In this document: piece after piece, positions 61,976-64,000 of the stretch
Layout: the number at the start of each line of letters is the position of its first letter
Position numbering within the stretch: the first letter of the stretch is position 1
DNA from: an uncultured cyanobacterium
GTDB lineage: Bacteria > Cyanobacteriota > Cyanobacteriia > CAKZMO01
NCBI GenBank assembly: GCA_963719515.1
Contig: CAVRCJ010000005.1
Coordinates: 128,001 to 192,000 of the forward strand
Direction of reading: 5' to 3'
Length of the DNA: 64,000 nucleotides
Position numbers and translations under genes: made by a program
Notes under the pieces: model-generated
Seen by the model: the letters and a program-made list of their open reading frames with translations, nothing else
What the model was told of the DNA's origin: nothing
Database searches by the model: none

Positions 61976-62890
61976 GTGGCCCCGTCCCCCTCCCCCACCA
62001 CGCCGCCTAACAGAGCTCTAAGCGCAGGCACGCTTTACGCTTTACTGGCCTACGGCTCCTGGGGGCTTCTCCCCATCTACTGGAAATTCTTTGGACAGAG
62101 TTCGCCCTTAGAAGTCCTCTGCCACCGCATCATCTGGTCTCTGGTATTTTTAAGCGGCATTCTGCTGCTCCAGCGGCGGCAAGCCGAAATTCGCGCCCTG
62201 TTTCAATCCCGTCAGCGCCTGGCGCTGCTCCTCCTATCAGCTGTCCTGCTCACCTGCAACTGGGGCCTCTACATCTACGGGGTGAACACCGACCGGGTGA
62301 TAGAAACTAGCCTGGGCTACTACATCAACCCCTTGGTGACCGTGCTGCTAGGCTTTGTTGTGCTTAAAGAGCGCCTACGGCCGGGACAGCAGGCTGCCGT
62401 AGGGTTGGCGGCGATCGCAGTGGGCTACTTTGTATGGCAGTTTGGTGCGGTTCCCTGGATTGCTCTGGGGCTGGCGTTTACCTTTGCGTTCTACGGCCTA
62501 GTACGAAAAATAGTGGTGGTCGCGCCGATGGTAGGGCTAGCGGTGGAGACGCTGCTGATCGCCCCCGCTGCGCTGATTTTTGTGGCCTATTGGGGGACGA
62601 CTGGGTCCAGCGGTTTTGGCCAGTCCCTACCCTTGACGCTGCTGTTTGTGGGGGCGGGCGTCATCACATCGATGCCGCTGCTGTGGTTCAACAACGCGGC
62701 CAAGCGGCTGCGGCTTTCAACGCTAGGATTTTTTCAATACTTGGCCCCGTCTTTACAACTGCTGCTGGGGGTGTTTTTGTACGGAGAGCCGTTTACCCTC
62801 ACCCATGCGGTTACCTTTGGCCTGATTTGGGCCGCGCTGCTGCTCTACTCCACGACGTCGCTGCTAGAGCGCAGGTCAACTCCACAATAA
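61976..62890 (+). CDS. rarD: EamA family transporter RarD
   Basis: WGLLPIYWK, SLGYYINPL, LGFFQYLAPSLQ. Confidence 0.92.
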   Translation: MAPSPSPTTPPNRALSAGTLYALLAYGSWGLLPIYWKFFGQSSPLEVLCHRIIWSLVFLSGILLLQRRQAEIRALFQSRQRLALLLLSAVLLTCNWGLYIYGVNTDRVIETSLGYYINPLVTVLLGFVVLKERLRPGQQAAVGLAAIAVGYFVWQFGAVPWIALGLAFTFAFYGLVRKIVVVAPMVGLAVETLLIAPAALIFVAYWGTTGSSGFGQSLPLTLLFVGAGVITSMPLLWFNNAAKRLRLSTLGFFQYLAPSLQLLLGVFLYGEPFTLTHAVTFGLIWAALLLYSTTSLLERRSTPQ

Positions 62891-62899
62891 AGAATAATC

Positions 62900-64000
62900 C
62901 TATAGATTGTGCTGCTGACGCTGCTGCGGAACCACGATTTGTATCCACCCCCCGCCACCCTGGGGGTAGTTTTGGGCAACCACGGTGCCCTGATGCGCAT
63001 TGACAATTTGCTTGACAATCGCCAGTCCCAGGCCGCTGCCCCCCACAGAGTAAGCTGCTGTCGAGGCCCCAGAAACCACCGGCTGACGAGAGCGAGAGGC
63101 ATCTGCGCGGTAGAATCGCTCGAAGATATGAGGGAGGTCTTCCTCTTTGAACCCAGGGCCAGTGTCGACGATGTCGATTCTCACTTGGGGAATGGTGCTA
63201 TCTCTATCTTCAGTACTCGCCTCACCGCTCGCCCCCTCACCGCCAGTCGCCCCATCGCCAGCGGGACAATCATGGGCCTGGGAAGAATAGCCCTCAGCAT
63301 TGAGGCGGACCTGGACCGCTTCCCAAGGGGGGCTGTACTTAATAGCGTTGTCCAGTAGGTTCACTAAGACGCGGTAGAAGCGGGACTCATCTAGGGTTAC
63401 TGGCAATCGTTCTGGCCCAACATAGTCCAGCTCGACGTTCTTCTTGTTGGCAATCGGGTCCAAGTTAAGCCAAGCGGCCTGAATCAGTTCGGGAAGGTCA
63501 ACCGAGGCGGGGTTGAGGCATTGCTCAGATTCTTCCTCAAGCCGGCTGAGTTCTAGGAGATCTTGGACGATTTGGCTCAGGCGATTGGTTTGACTGATTA
63601 ATCGGTCTGCCCACCCCTGCAGCGAGGGATCGAGCCGCATCTGCAGCGTTTCGGCCACCAGTCGAATCGAAGTTAGGGGCGTTTTTAGCTCGTGGGCCAC
63701 GTCCGACACCCAGCGATCGCACTGCTGCTGCAGGGTAACCATGGCTTGCCGGCTTTCAATGAACATGCCCACATGGCCGTTGGGTAGCGGAATGCCAAAG
63801 CCCTCTAGAGCATAGAACTTCTGCTGCTTGACCCTTGAGGGGTCTGCGTTCACGGGGTAGAAGGTCCAGCAGCTTTGGCAAGGCTGCTGCTGCTGCCGCG
63901 TCACGTCGATGAGGCTGTCTAGCTCGTAAGAGCGCACAAGCTCTAAAAGCAGACGGGGTTCTGGCGTGTTGTCTTGGGTGATGGTGAGCAGCTGTCTGGC
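62900..64000 (-). CDS. Two-component sensor histidine kinase, PhoR/SphS-like (5'-partial)
   Basis: VSDVAHELKTPLTSI, NLLDNAIKY, FERFYRAD, GSGLGL. Confidence 0.85.
   Translation of the reverse strand, partial: ARQLLTITQDNTPEPRLLLELVRSYELDSLIDVTRQQQQPCQSCWTFYPVNADPSRVKQQKFYALEGFGIPLPNGHVGMFIESRQAMVTLQQQCDRWVSDVAHELKTPLTSIRLVAETLQMRLDPSLQGWADRLISQTNRLSQIVQDLLELSRLEEESEQCLNPASVDLPELIQAAWLNLDPIANKKNVELDYVGPERLPVTLDESRFYRVLVNLLDNAIKYSPPWEAVQVRLNAEGYSSQAHDCPAGDGATGGEGASGEASTEDRDSTIPQVRIDIVDTGPGFKEEDLPHIFERFYRADASRSRQPVVSGASTAAYSVGGSGLGLAIVKQIVNAHQGTVVAQNYPQGGGGWIQIVVPQQRQQHNL

Noticed and set aside
1..64000. Very frequent GCGATCGC
   Set aside because: This is the well-known cyanobacterial HIP1 octamer; useful for taxonomy but not novel.

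Overview
Chromosomal window of a cyanobacterium of roughly 55-60% GC. The HIP1 octamer GCGATCGC is abundant, and glucosylglycerol-phosphate phosphatase suggests a salt-tolerant, Leptolyngbya/Nodosilinea-like organism (inference). Most of it is housekeeping: bciB, stpA, photolyase, kefC/kefF-type, glnN, trpA, glpX, hemA, argJ, rarD, a PhoR-like kinase and tRNA-Pro(CGG). Mobile DNA is dense: three tnpB-only IS200/IS605 elements, three ~400-bp non-coding IS200/IS605 mini-elements, four TIR-MITEs and 21-27-nt insertions. Best leads: (1) the tnpB-less mini-elements keep both transposon ends and an internal -10 promoter but carry three different structured non-coding cargos, one joined to a TnpB omega-RNA-like end; (2) two dispersed copies of a cassette made of a promoter, a ~220-nt covarying multi-hairpin leader and a small unknown ORF; (3) a P-loop ATPase plus TPR receptor pair with ~17 near-identical 102-bp repeats varying mainly at ligand-binding positions; (4) a Cas6 with a C-terminal HTH and no array downstream. 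Several single-base frameshifts in otherwise intact genes suggest assembly indel errors. All structure and motif calls were made by eye.
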